Source of the DNA: Raillietiella orientalis
Lineage: Eukaryota
Direction: 5' to 3'
NCBI GenBank assembly: GCA_036172245.1
Contig: JAYWIR010000021.1
Span: forward strand, 1,674,001 to 1,738,000
Length of the DNA: 64,000 nucleotides
Made by a program: the position numbers and the translations under genes. Under the pieces are notes generated by a model. That model worked only from the letters and a program-made list of their open reading frames with translations, was not told the DNA's origin and made no database searches. Numbering within the stretch: the stretch's first letter is position 1; each line of letters opens with the position of its first letter. Of the stretch, positions 24,860 through 37,780 are shown in pieces.

Positions 24860-26280
24860 GGAATAGGTAAGATTCCGTTGCCCTTCATCTTAAGCAGTTT
24901 GGAGACGCAAGTGCCCAGGAAACCAGGCACCTGCGCTGGTTGCACTGGAATCCCCAATGCAGAAACAGATGAAAAACATCCTGTTTACATCTAAATGGGA
25001 ACACCGAAGTGTTCATGTACGAAGGAAGAACCACTAGTTCTTCAAGAAAGGGGGAGAGGGGGCACACTAAGCAGCTCGCTCCATCGAAGGAACCCCTTTC
25101 TCCGGAAACGAGACGTGTTGGGCTCACCACTCGCTCATCTTTTAACCGTCAAGGAGTTTCCTGACTGGAGAACGTCCTTGTAGGTCTTTTGGAGTTCTAG
25201 GAAGTTCACTACCACCACGGTCTCATGTAAAAAGCAGACAACGGCTACATATGCTGTGTTGGTTCGTCCTCTTTGCAGGAAGAACCGACTTAACAACTCC
25301 TTGATGTCCACATCCGGGAGGGAAAGGTCGTGGGCCACTCGTCGCCACTTTTGTCGGAGGTCCCGGCCTTTCATTAGAAGATGCAGGTACATTTCCTCTT
25401 CTTCCTCAACTTTTGCACTGGGGATCTGTTTTCGTGTCTGGGTTGATCATTCTTGGGCTGAGCCTTGTGCAAAAAGAGGGACAAAAGATGCTGGACTCTC
25501 ATGGAGATCCTCTAAAGATTCCGATAAATGGGAGGGACCGGACACTTTCGGAGAAAGGTCCAGATACAACGCCCACCATCCCAATCCTTTGGCCTATAGT
25601 CATTTTCTGGAGCGAGGCTGTCAACAAACTGGGTTTGCAGCTCTTCAGGGGTATCTCTTCCAGACGCGTGCCACTTTACCCTCCAAACTGGTGGATGTCC
25701 TGCATCGTCGCACAAGGAACAGGTGCATCAGCATCTGTTCTTTCAGCAATACGATATGTTGGACCGTCCATCCCTGCCGTTCTGTTTCTTGCTTTCCCTT
25801 GAACTGCACGAGATGCTGAAATGTGCAAAGGCAGACGGGCAGCAGCAGCATCCTTACGCAAGCACCAAAAGGGATTCCCTCCGAATGCAAAGCGTGAGTC
25901 AGCAAGTGTGTTCCCATAGCAAAGAAGCCGTTTCCACTTCTAACTCCGAAAGCATCTGTAGAGGCTGAATGCCATGCTTCGACGCCAAGACGGTGGTGGA
26001 GGGGGAAAGACATTGAAAAGCACACTGGCTATGCGGCAGAATTCTAGCCTCCTTCTGGCGGGATCCTCCAAATTTGTGGGTTTTGCCCAAGATGGTTGGG
26101 GAGAGGTTTAGGGAGATTTTCAAAACGGAAGATGCTGTCCTGATCTGCGGACGGTAAAGGGATTCTGCACACATTACAAGAGGAAGCCCAGATGTCTTCA
26201 GGATCACATTAGCAGCCACTGGCTCTCCTACAGGAAGGCACATTTCCAAGGGATGAGGTCCACTACAAAGAGACAAGGGT
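24860..26280 (-). mobile_element. Older L1/Tx1-like remnants (C-terminal parts)
   Basis: FLHWGFQCNQRR...SPNCLR and HLL...DLRQKWRRVA...AYVAVVCFLH resemble the family C-terminus. Confidence 0.55.
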
Positions 26281-27399
26281 TCCTATAGGGACAGGGCCCA
26301 CTTCACTGCCCTGGGTCCCTGTAGGTATTTACTCTCTACCCCGCTAGATTACAATATCACTGTATGCTTATTTATGTGTAAATAAACCCTTTGGCTCTAC
26401 CGGGTTTGAACCAATTGAACCTTCAGAGATTGGTGCCACCTTCTGGTCAGCATTCCGAGAGAGAATGCGTATCATCCGGATGCCTTATAAGAAGAAACAA
26501 CAGTTTCTGCATGGCAGCGAATGAGATTTGGAAGAACTCGGAATCTTAGCCGGAGGGTACCTCAGCAAATCTCTGAGAAGGAGCTGAAAGCAGAGTTGAT
26601 GACAACTAGGATAAGTGAAGCATAGCATCCTTGCTGGTTGCTTTGGGGGGAAAAAAGAGGGGAAAGCTGAACGCGGGCGTTCTTCTGTTTGTGCGGGTCT
26701 TGAAAGAAAAGGAAAAAAATCGTTCCGTCTATCCCAAGGATACGCTGGTCTGAGAACACTGCAGCTGAGAACTCTTTGCCACTTTTAGTGTGACGAGTCG
26801 AGGACAGACCTTGGTTCTCACCGAGGTCGGCAAACATCCGAAAGAGCATAAATAAGCGTAGCATTCATAAACAAGCGTAGATAGGAAGCAGTGCCTTGAG
26901 ACTATCCCCTGCAACTTATCTTCTTCATCCGAGAATCGTTCTGAAGAGAAATCTTCCTCGATTGATCGAATTCATCAGATACAGGGGATACAAAGAGTAG
27001 GAAGGTCACATCTTCAGCGCTGCCAAAGGGAAGGCGCGGAAATTGGGATTCATAGCCTTCATTGTGGGTGTGATAGATGTGGTTCCAAATGGCAGCATCA
27101 TGCACAAACAAAAATGGTGCTTCCGCGAAATCAGGAAGGAAAAGAAACAAAACAAAGGCGCGAAAATGAAGTCTCCAAGAGAAGTAAAGATTTTTACAGA
27201 TGAGTTCGAATGAATACACTTGATGTGACCAACTTAAACCGATGGCAAATTAGATCGAAAAATGGAAGCACCCTCGAAAAAGTAGTTGAAAAGGAAGGAT
27301 GGAGTGCAGCAAACACGAAGAAGAAGAAGAAGAAAAAGAAAAAAAAGGAGCAGTAATAAAGGAAATCAGACCTGCATTGTCTGAGGCCATGAACCTACT

Positions 27400-30300
27400 G
27401 GGGCTAGCCCTAACAAAGGGTTCCTGGAAGCGTATTTTAATCTCTGAACCTTTGCATGGAATGACGGTCTAGAAGAAGGACTCAAATCACTGCACAGCAC
27501 GATATCTGGGGAGGGGTGGGGGAGGGGTGAAGGAAATCGAATTTTGGGGGCTGACGGATGCAGTACGAATGCTCATACATCCGAAGAGAAGTTGCAGTAT
27601 GACCGTCCTCGTTTCATAATGGAGAATCAGAACACCAAAGGCGAAGGAATTCTTCCTAACTGTCACTTTTAGGAAGGTCAAGCAGGAAGTCACGCTTGTC
27701 CTTTGACTCCGCATGTGACGCATATGGGCCCGGATTTCATTGAAAAGTTACCTCACTTTACATCTAGTATGACTAACAAGTATCCTTCGGCTTGTGACAT
27801 TCAAGACATGACCAAGGCATGTTCTCAACTCAGGTCAGATCCCCTCTTGGATTTTGTGGAAGGTCTATTGTTAGATTGGAGCTAATGCAAATGTTTGTAG
27901 ATGGAATGAACCATGCAACATGAGAGCACTGCAACAGAATAAGAACAAGGTACACTTTCCAGATGTAAAAGAAAACTGCTCCGTACAGCCCGAAGATAAA
28001 AATGTCTGGAAACAGGAAAGAGACCACGAAGAGCCTGGAGACGCTCATCTGTAGAACATCAGGCACAAGGAATCTGTCAGAAAGTACCAGAGTGCTATGA
28101 TCCCTGAATAAATTTTCGTCAGGTTAGAGCAGACCAGTCGATCAAGGTGGGCCACTGACACGGTTTCCTTACCAAGAGAACGAAGGTGATTTCCTTAAAA
28201 GGAGACTCCTGCTGATTGGAACCACCTCTGGACCATCTGGGGCGAGGCTCGTCGGAAGGCTTGGCAGATTGACCAAACGAAGTGCAAAAAGATGCAGATG
28301 CCAAATAATGGATAAATCTGATGATAAAAGTACAATAAGAGGGAATGGATGACCACCTCTTAAGAATGGCTACTTCTTGGAAAGCTTCTTGGAAAGTCAC
28401 CGCCAACCCGAAGTTTATTAAAACAATTAGGTAGGTGGAGATTCCCTTTTGTGAGAAATGCTCAAAAGCGCTCGAGGGATCGACTGGCGACCAGGTCGCA
28501 TAACGACGTTCACGAGCAGCGTCATCTCGGTTTCATAAGAACTTTGTGCAGTCCCGAAATAATCAAGTCGGGGGTTATCTCTGCCCTGAAGGGTGCCACA
28601 GCGTTCGCAAACAATTCGGCACTTGAAGCAGACTGCATAAGATTGTTTCCGACGACTCCACCTTGCCTGCTATATCCATAGTGAGGGAATGATTGCCCCT
28701 ATTCTTCCGGCTTCTAGCCTACTTACGGTATCAGTTATAAGCAAAAACTACATGAGATTACCGGGAATGGCATCAAAGGATTCTTTGCTGGCGCAGTCAC
28801 AGTGGATCCCTGGTTCATACAGTAAAGTATTAATACAACCTGATTCCAGAAACTCATACTCACAGATGTCACGTTTGAGAGCGTTTGGTTCGCATCCCAT
28901 GGAAGCTGGGCTGAGTAACAGCAACTGGATCTGAATACAGATGAGCTCGGAAGAAAAACACACGCATGGCGTAGAGTGAAATATGGTACCCGCCTTACCA
29001 GAATCTTATCTGATGTACCTAAGGCCGCTTATCAATCTACGAGATCGTTCCCTCAAAAAACAATAGTAACTCTCAAGAATTAATGCTAACGCTACGTCTC
29101 TACCAGCAGAAGAATTGAGGAATATCTTGTGACAGTGAGTGTCCGTGCTTGAGGATGCACTGCATCTTTCAGACCGGAGAGCGTTCCCCGCATCGTGCAT
29201 TCCAGTCATCAAACCCCACTGCCTTCATGGAGGGAAGAGGTCGCTTTCGATAATCTGGAATAACGGGCTGGAATGCAAACGGCTTTAGCTATCCAAAATA
29301 GCATCGAAACAGGAACGCAGTCTTGGTCCCAAATGTTAAAGTTCAGCAAAACTCTTATGTGACCTTTCGGGATGAAAATCAAAACCATGGGTCCAACAGT
29401 AGGGAATCGCTTATTCTGAACAGCAGGGAAGGCACGAATTCCGTTTTAGTTGCTAGTGGGGTGGGAGACGGTGGACTAGGACTCTGGAGTAACGTCCTTC
29501 CTGGTGGGCTACCGGTTTCGTTCCTACACGGCGGCCTTCTGTTTTGTCCTGGTAAACAGGATCGGGAGTAAAACCGACAGCAGTGCTATGGAACTCCCCC
29601 AAAATACCGATTGCAAACGACGACATTAGGCTATTAACGTGCCATTAGGCTAACGTAACGAGCCATTTAGGGCTAACGTGCACTCTGTAACGGGTTCCTG
29701 TAGACTTGCTGTGGTCTCTTCCCCGTAAAACTTCCAACTTAGATTGCTTACCCGATTTCTGCAAAGGGAAAAAATTCCTCCCGAAGCCGTTCCCTCTCTT
29801 TTCTGCACGGTAATGGCGTGCGCGCAGCAACACGCTGTCAGGAACCCATGTGGTGGTAGTCGTAATCGCAAGCACACGATTCCTCCAAGTTTGGGTTGCC
29901 GAAGAGGTGGCCTTTCCGCGGCTTCTCTTGCAAGCCGCGACATCCAGAAGCTCCTTGCATTTCGTCCTCATCAGGGAACAAGAAGAGCCGCCTGAATTCG
30001 AATCAGGAAACCGAAGCCGCGAATTTCCATATCCCTGTGGCCAGGAATTCTGATAAACTCTGGAACACCTTACCCCTTCCCTCCCTCCCATTGTTCTCGC
30101 TCTCGATGGTGGTGCACCAAGTGGAGTTTCGTGAAAACACACGGGACAATCACAGACAGCTGCATGGATGTTGTCTATGCACGGAATGTTGCCAGCGGCA
30201 ATAGTGCCCAGTCCAACGCCTGGACAATGCGCAACACCAACTCGCATGCAGAACTGCAGTGTCAGATGGAATGTAAACACGCTGTCTACCGGAAATTAGC

Positions 30301-30550
30301 AGTTGAAACTACTCCATGAAAGGAAAACGAAATCACCCAAAGCAGGAATTCCTCAAGGACCACGCGGCCAGCGTCTTTCCTTGACAAAGACAAATAGCTA
30401 GACTCTGAACCCCAGCAGCCCGCTCATTCCAAGGCACAACGCAGCAGCATCCCTGCTGTCCGGAGCCAAGCGCGGTCTTCGGCAAGAGCGTAGAGTCGCG
30501 TTCAAAATCAAGCCGCGGCGCTACTCCGACTTTCCCGGACTGAAGGGCGG
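27400..30550 (-). mobile_element. Highly degenerate APE-type non-LTR element (endonuclease to RT remnants)
   Basis: Ordered weak blocks on the minus strand: LDFE (GDFN-like, ~30505), IDNIH (RID-like, ~30170), PG.D-like (~29500), DCASKESFD (~28790), SRQGG...ELFA (~28660). Confidence 0.4.
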
Positions 30551-30823
30551 CGTCAGCACCTCGGTCTTTGGAACATGCTAAGCCCAGTTTGCCTCCCGCA
30601 GGCGCGTAGGGGCAAACTGGCACCATCACTTCTCCCGCCTCCGCGCACCCACGGCACACACGAGAGCCGCCGCACACGGTGGCACGAGCCCCACAAGCGG
30701 AAGGCGGGGCCATCACACAGCAAGGCGAATCGTCCTGGCTGGCAGCTGCTGCAGGTCGCAGCGCGAGCCCGAGGCGCAGCTCGGAGCGCCGGCCGCACGG
30801 AGCGCTACCAGCACGGCACAGCC

Positions 30824-30927
30824 CGCGGTCGAGCTCTTCCGGATGAACGGGGGACATCCCATCCCACGGGGCTGCCGAGGGGGAGTGTCCTACATGTCCC
30901 CCGTTCATCCGGAAGAGCTCGACCGCG
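30824..30927. repeat. Perfect 34-bp inverted repeat, 36-nt spacer
   Basis: cgcggtcgagctcttccggatgaacgggggacat / atgtcccccgttcatccggaagagctcgaccgcg. Confidence 0.95.
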
Positions 30928-32034
30928 AGCGCTCGGACGGACGGCGCCGCGCGGGCGGTGGAAGAGCACCCGAAGCGCCCTTGGTTCCCTCCCGTCTCCT
31001 CCAGGAGAAGAGTCGGCGCAGAGGAAGGCCACGTGGACCGCGGGGTCCGGACAGTCCGCGCGCAGCCGTCGTGCGGAAAGCCGTTCCGGGGTCCAACGCA
31101 CCCCCCCTCCATGGTCACGCGAGCGCCAACGGGCTTCCGCTGCCGTGCCACGGTTGGTTCCGTCGCCCTCCGCCGGCTGCGGACGAAAGGTCCGACGGAG
31201 GCGCCTGCCCGGATGCACGGAAGGCAGCTGTGCGTGACTTGGACGACGACGCATTGTGCACGCACTCCCTCCGCGCCGGGAATCGACAGGAACGCGAACG
31301 CCCGCGCCGGCGAAGAGAAAACTTCCGGATCAGCGGACGACGGCAACCACCGTTCCGACGCGCGCCCACCGACGCGCCTGCTGGACGAACGGCCCCGTCC
31401 AGGAGACAGCACGGCACCACTTTCGAGAACACCCGCCATCTTCTCTTGAAGGAAACTCCGACGAAAGGGGGTTCCTGGCGGTGGGCGCACGGCACATGCC
31501 TTGAGGAAAAGCCGAGGGTCGCTGCTGGTCAGACTAATGCGACCCCCAGCCCGAATCCTCCCTTCATCGCCAAGTGGACTCCCGAGCGCTCGCAGACTGC
31601 ACAAAGAGCGCCTCAGGCAACAGCGACCCTTCTCACGGAGTGCAGTGCAACCCCTGACCGGCTGGACAGTCCCGAGCGATTCCCCGTCCACGGAGAGCGC
31701 CCGGTGGGCAGCAGCGCCGGAAGAACCTCATCGCCCCCTCGCGTGTCCAGTGATAAACTGCCTTCGACACGACGCCTCCACGGCACGGGGGAATTCAACA
31801 CCGACATGATCGCCATGGCTGCAGCCCACGGGCGCGAACGCAGACGGCTGCAGCGGCCGCTCCGCCGACATTCCTGTGCCACGTCGACGCCGCCGCTCCA
31901 CCAGACAGCACCAGCGTGCTGGCTCCCCCGCCGACATTCTGGACGCGCCGAAGTGTTTCCCGACCACAACGTGCCTGGAAGGAAGGAGCCCACGTCCACA
32001 CGTCCACAGAGGCAGAAAGAACGAAACGCGCTCG

Positions 32035-32075
32035 CCGGCGAGGTCTCGTCCGGACCAGGGACGAGACCTCGCCGG
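32035..32075. repeat. Perfect 17-bp hairpin, 7-nt loop
   Basis: ccggcgaggtctcgtcc-ggaccag-ggacgagacctcgccgg. Confidence 0.95.
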
Positions 32076-35000
32076 ACGGAGGGAAAGCAGCAGCCCCCGA
32101 AGAAAGGGAAAACTGCGAGTGCGCGTCTTACGGGTGAGAGGAGGGGGAACCTCCCGGGGAGCACGTCGCGCTCGGCCCGCATCCTTGAAAGGTTCCTTTC
32201 TCTTCCTTCCTGCACCGACGGGGCACCTGCCCAGGAACAGGTCCAAGCTGGCCGCCAAGTAGGGCCAGCATTTGAGACCGCCGTTGTTCGGCGGACCACG
32301 GAGGCGGCTGCGTCGAACTCGCGGCACTTTCGGGAGTCTTCGGCGTCCGCCCACGAGGCACACGAGTCCGAGGACCGTGGCGAACCGCCTCCGCACGGGC
32401 AGCAGAGCGACACCTTCCGCTTGCGGCTGTCGCGCGAGAGACCCCGGGGCAAGGGCGCGAGTCTCTGCCCTGCTTGGAGCTCGGCGCCCCCGCCCGCTTG
32501 GACCGGGGCAAGCTGACCGCAGCGAACGAACAGGAATACAGGGGCGAGTCCGGCGCCGAGCGACGGAAACGCAGGGAACAGCGTCTTCGCGGGACGGGCG
32601 CTCGCGGCCGGGCGCACACGAAGCCAGTAAGAGCGCGCCCTCTCCCTCCCTCCTCTCGACCCTTCTCTGCCCTATGCATGCCCTCGGGGACATTAAGTGG
32701 AATACCAGAAGGACTCTCCGTCCCGTTCTCGATTTGCACCCGATTCATTTCCCGGATGGATGGATGCGTGCGGCGCATTCACGCTCTCCCGGCTGCACTT
32801 TTCCGGGCAATTATACCGTCATCGGACGGGACTCGACCGAACGAGGTCGAATTGCCCCTCTGGGCCTCCTGCGGGCGGTGCACGCGACGCGGCGGGAAGG
32901 TCACGCGCGCTCCGTGGCTGCTCCCGCTCATCCATCGTCTCCTGCTTTCCACTCCTCCCCTGAGAGGCGAGGCGAACCCCTTTTCGTTCGCGCAGACGCG
33001 CGTTGGCCCTTCGCCCACGGCCGCCTAATTGGATCGATTCATTTCAAAGGACCGGAACGAGAAGGTGTCACACCAAGGCTTTCATTGCAAGGTCATCCCC
33101 ACGGATAGACGGCGGAGATGCAGGAAGGCAGGAAGTGGCTCGCCGGTAGGGCACTGCAAATCCCACCGCGAGGGTGAGAGTACGGAAGGCGTTCCTGCTG
33201 GCCAGCAGACTGCTCAGCAAGGCCCACGGAGAGAAAACGAAGTTGACGGGAAGGAACGCAACAGGAACAAAAACAAAGGACGAAAAAATGTGTTTGTTTT
33301 TTTAAAAAAAAGGAAAGAGGAGAGGGGAGGCAAGTGAAGGAATCACGGAGACCTGCCTGGCAACGTCAGCATCCGAACCAGGACACAGGCAAGGTGTCCT
33401 CCCTGCATGAACTCAAGTGCGACCATCTTCTGGCGACCCACAGGAAAAAAAAGGAGCGACAGCAATCGCTCCCGTTTTGTGCTGCTCCTTGCCGTCTGAG
33501 ATCTGGGCGGCTGGCGGCGTTGCGACCCGCACGGAGAGGCAGGTCTTTCGGATGCACCATCGGGGGTCTCCAAGACGCGACGAGACGTTTCCATCGCTCC
33601 AAAGGAAGGAGGGGGGGGGCCACGAAGGTTCCGTCTGACCGGACACGGCATGGTTCAGGACCACAGCGCCCCTGGTGCCGACCAAGAGGTGCTGCGCGGC
33701 TGCTTCTCGCGGGATGGGCTTTCTCAGGCTTCCCCTCCCCCCGATCTTGGGTAGCATCGGGAGGATCGCGGCGTCCCGGAGCACACAGGAGGCGTACCGG
33801 CGAGGAAGGAGTCCGCGCACCTCGCCTCCGTGGCCTTGAGGAATGCTGCAGGATGGTTGACCTTTTCTCAAGAGCAAAACCAGGGAGAATGCTCGAAAGC
33901 GCGTGCCGCGAAAAAACGCGCGCGTGCAACCGGTGACCCCCGTCTTTTCTTCCCTTTTTCCTTTTCTCTTTCATTATCGTTCCCTCCACTGCGCCCGCCC
34001 AACCCTTCGTAGTAGCCTACCTGGGAGTCGGTGGTTCCTCCCCCTCTCCCTCCTCCGGAATATCGAAACGACCAGGCGGATACACCAATCCGCAAAAGCT
34101 AGTCGCTTTTCTCTTGCTCTTGGCAAAGTGAATGTCCCGGGGCAAACGGGTAACGACAGAGTACGTTGCCCGACTCGACAGCCCAGTGCGACAGTTGCGG
34201 CGCCCAGGGAGGTGCCGACCTGTCGAAAGGCACCGCCGAAATCTCGAGGATTTCCAGGAGCATTCCGAGAAGGATGGGTCAGGAGAAGAAATCATGCGGG
34301 ACAATCCAACAGGGTCAGGAGTTCAGGAGTCCCAGAGATGCTTGCTGCGCCGTCCGAAGCGTCCCAGTGGTCTGCTTTCTCTTGCGACATCGCAGGAAAT
34401 ATCCCTCCCTCCCCGAGGGTCGGCCATCATCGTCGCTCTTCCGCACACATGGAGGACAGCGCGGCTTCAAGCGCGGTCCCTTCGGCCCGCGCGTCTTCTC
34501 TGGGGACCTCCACGATCTCCTCGACGGGCAGCGAGCGCCACGGGAGTCGCACGAGAGATGCAAAAATGCGATGGCTCCTCTCTGGCTACGTTAGTGTCCT
34601 CCGGCAATGTCCGGGCTCTTACCTGGAACCAAACAACAGGGCAGGGCATCTAGGCGCCGTCCTACGTCAGGCAGTTCTTCCGGGACTGCCTCGCGCCGGC
34701 CTCGGCACACACCGGTGCCCGCCTGAGGCTTCGGTGGCCGCAATCGGGGAAAGACGTGCATGTCCTCGCGGTCCTTGGAGAAGGGGCATACAGGACGCAG
34801 CGGTGCGTCTACCACACCATCTGGCCGCCACGGCCACTCTCAGAAATTGACCGCCGGCGCTCCGTCCGCTCGGTCGTCGTAATGGCTGCGTCCTCCGTGC
34901 CGACGAGGGACTTCCAAATCTTCAAGCTGACTCCCCTGACGTGTCATTAATAATACGTTCCATGGCATGAGGTGAATATCAAATTGATTTGTTGACTCTT

Positions 35001-36049
35001 TGCTCCTAAAGAAGTCCGAAAGAGGGAAACCATAAACAGACCTAATTTAGTGGTCAGCACGGGCGAGCCTTTCGCGCGTGAAAAGCGATGGAAAGTGCTC
35101 GCGACGCGGTATGCGTTTACACATTTATTGTGTTTGATTTTTGATGATGATAGGAATAGGAATTGATAGGAACTTTAGAATAAACTGATAGAATCTGCGT
35201 GGAGCAGAGAAACAAGCACCAGAAGAACTGTCAGCATTTTAGTCCTTTTAAGGAATGAGAGTCTGGAAGGTACGACAGACGCTCTCCTAACGGCATTTTC
35301 TAAATTTCTATAAGTGACATCAAATTACCTTACGCAGCTTCCGGGGAGAATTCATCATTAGAATTGCTGTTTGTGAAATTTATAATCTTATTTTCTATCA
35401 CCTCAGAAGAGCGTACCGTCCCATAAAGGGAATGTTTGAAACTAGAATCAGCTTGCCAAAACCTGTCTCGAGATTTATCATTATCTTCCAACAGACTACA
35501 ATTCAATACAAAATAGAATTTTCAGTTTATTCTAAAATATACAATGTCGGTTTAGGTGCCCCTTTGGGTTTTTTTTTTCGAATCTTGAGAAAAATCCACT
35601 CTGTTTATCGGAACCTACGGAAGTCGAGATTTTTCTTTTCGAGGGGGGATGGGAAGAAAAAAAGACCTTTCACGTATTGACCAGAATGAATATTGCCCTT
35701 GGCCTTTATCTTTTTGGCCTTTCTCAAAATCCTGATCTCCCGATCCATGAGTTTCCTCCTGGAATCGAATGTTCTGGCAAGATTTCTAACGAATAAAGCG
35801 TTGGCGCCCACTGCTTTGCTCCGTCATTGTATTTGGAGCTGGAGAAACTCTGAAGCAGTTCAAGTGCAAGTTTTACTTTCTGGGCAAATTGCACCTTGAG
35901 AAATTTCCTGGGTGTTTCTGAAATGCTTATTTATCGTTTTCTGGTGGAGACAAAGGCAATTTCGGGAGACAGAGAACTGCTTTGATGAAATCCCTGATGA
36001 TTTCCCTGTGTCCCAAAGGGCTCCGCGTAAGAAGTCCCTGGTCCGCGTC

Positions 36050-37780
36050 TCTACGTCACTAGGTGCGCCGGACAGACAAACAGAATGACGATGATGAGAG
36101 GAGCCACACGAAGGTGCTTCGCACCGCAGCCCCTTCCGCCAGGAGAGACCTTCCATCCGAGAAGGGGTCGACCTGCCTATTGGACCAGCCCCCCCTCCCT
36201 GCCATGCACAAGTCCCTCAACGAAACTCCGAGCTTCTTGGAGTGCCCGACCGCAGAGATCCCCAGGCTGTTCCAGTCCAGCTGCCTTTCCCAAAGCCCCC
36301 CCTTCCCTCTGCACCAACGGGACGCATGGACGACTTCTCTTTGCGGGCGCGCATGCCCGCTCTGCGGAGAATCATCTCGAAGTCCCCGAGTGATTCCTCC
36401 AGGGTGAACATGGGCGACGGAAGACGAAGATCAGCTACAAGAAACCACACGGGAGCCGTGTCGGCCAAAGTCTCCTTGCATGCATGCCCTCAGCACCAAC
36501 CCAAGACGGCGCTGAACAACAGGGTGTGGCAGGATGCTACCCTGCCGCACGCTTGAGAACCGCAGAAGCGCTGGCCGCTGCAAAAGACGCGAACGGATGC
36601 GACCCGCGAGCGGCCGCGCAGGTGAGCACGGAAGATGGTCGACATCGCCATGCGCTCCAGAAGATGCAGACGCAGCTCTCTTTTTACGCAGCCGAACGCC
36701 TTTGACGTGTAGGCAGCGGCACCAAAAATCTTCGACGCATCCCGTTCCTCGGCCAGCCAGGAATCCAGGATCGCCGTGTCCTTCTGGATGAAATCCTTCG
36801 TTGCAACGGAAGCAGCAGTTGGCTAGGAACAGTTGAGGACCCACTCTGCGACCTAGAACAGCGTACGTTGAAGGATTCGGACCACTGTCCCAGGCTACCG
36901 GTCCAGAGCTTTACAAGCAGCCCGTCGTCCGCGCTGATCAAGGCGATCGGTGACCAGCGGCCTGCTGCCTCGGTGGAGGGAACGTCTTGATCTCCTGCCA
37001 CCCGGAGAAGCACAATGCCTGGCTTCAGGAGACGGCTCACATGGGTGGGAGGGGCATCTAGGACGCGAACGTGGAAGCAGCTTCCTTGTCTGCAACGTGG
37101 CAAGGACGCGCGTCCGACCTTAGAGTTCCTGAGCCGTGCTCCGAGGCTTTACAAACGCGCTGTCCTGGGCACCACCCTGCTTCACGGAAGCCCCAGGGAA
37201 GGGACACGCAACCGGAGCGCAAAGCGAAATGCAGCCGGACCGGGGGAAGAACTCGACCCTTTGCTGAGTGTTAAACGCGGGAAATAGCGGACGGTGCGAC
37301 TCCGAGTGTACCGGCCAAAAATCTCAAATCCGCGCCGCAGGTCCTGCATCCGGGAACCGCATACAAAGCGGACACGCGCCATTGGGTTCGGGAGAGTGTG
37401 CATGCGGGCTACAGCCGACGAGAGGGGGAAGAAAAACCTTCCTGCATCCACTTCAAAAATGCATTTCTCTGCTGCCCATACAAAGACATTCGGCAACAGA
37501 CCACCACCTCATGGCGGAAAGAGACCCCAGCGACGCCCTTCATGAGCGCTGCACTGCCGGCAGCTGCATCTTCAGGTGCCTATGGGGGATCGTGGCAGCT
37601 TGGGCCATCCGCGGAAGAGGCTAGCTCGACAAACGTTCCAGCAGATGAGTGAGACCCTACCTACAAATCACCGTTAGATGGCTACACCGGGAAAGCATGC
37701 AGGAAGAACTTGCCGCCCGCCTTCAGAGAATGGACAGGACGCCGCTCGACACCATATGACCCTTCCCGACTTTGCCAGGG
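36050..37780 (+). mobile_element. Possible CRE/RLE-type non-LTR remnants
   Basis: ACPLCGES (~36350). RT-like blocks occur in order: HFKNAF (~37450), QLGP (~37600), PLDG (YLDD-like, ~37675). Confidence 0.35.

Larger units (their letters stand above)
30560..33030 (+). pseudogene. Decayed GC-rich copy of the large ORF family (copy B1)
   Basis: Similar by eye to 8.7-10.75 kb (cgggaatc.a.agg; atcgtc..ctgctt.cc.ctcc). Protein-like islands across frames. Confidence 0.35.

Noticed and set aside
29625..29685. Short degenerate cattaggcta/taacgt repeats as a CRISPR or telomeric array
   Set aside because: Only about three irregular units with no spacers, in a eukaryotic context.
31220..31310. UvrD-like motif (LSIPGAEGVRAQCVVV, minus strand)
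   Set aside because: Key H/K/E residues are absent and it is not supported by the paralogous segment at 8.7 kb.
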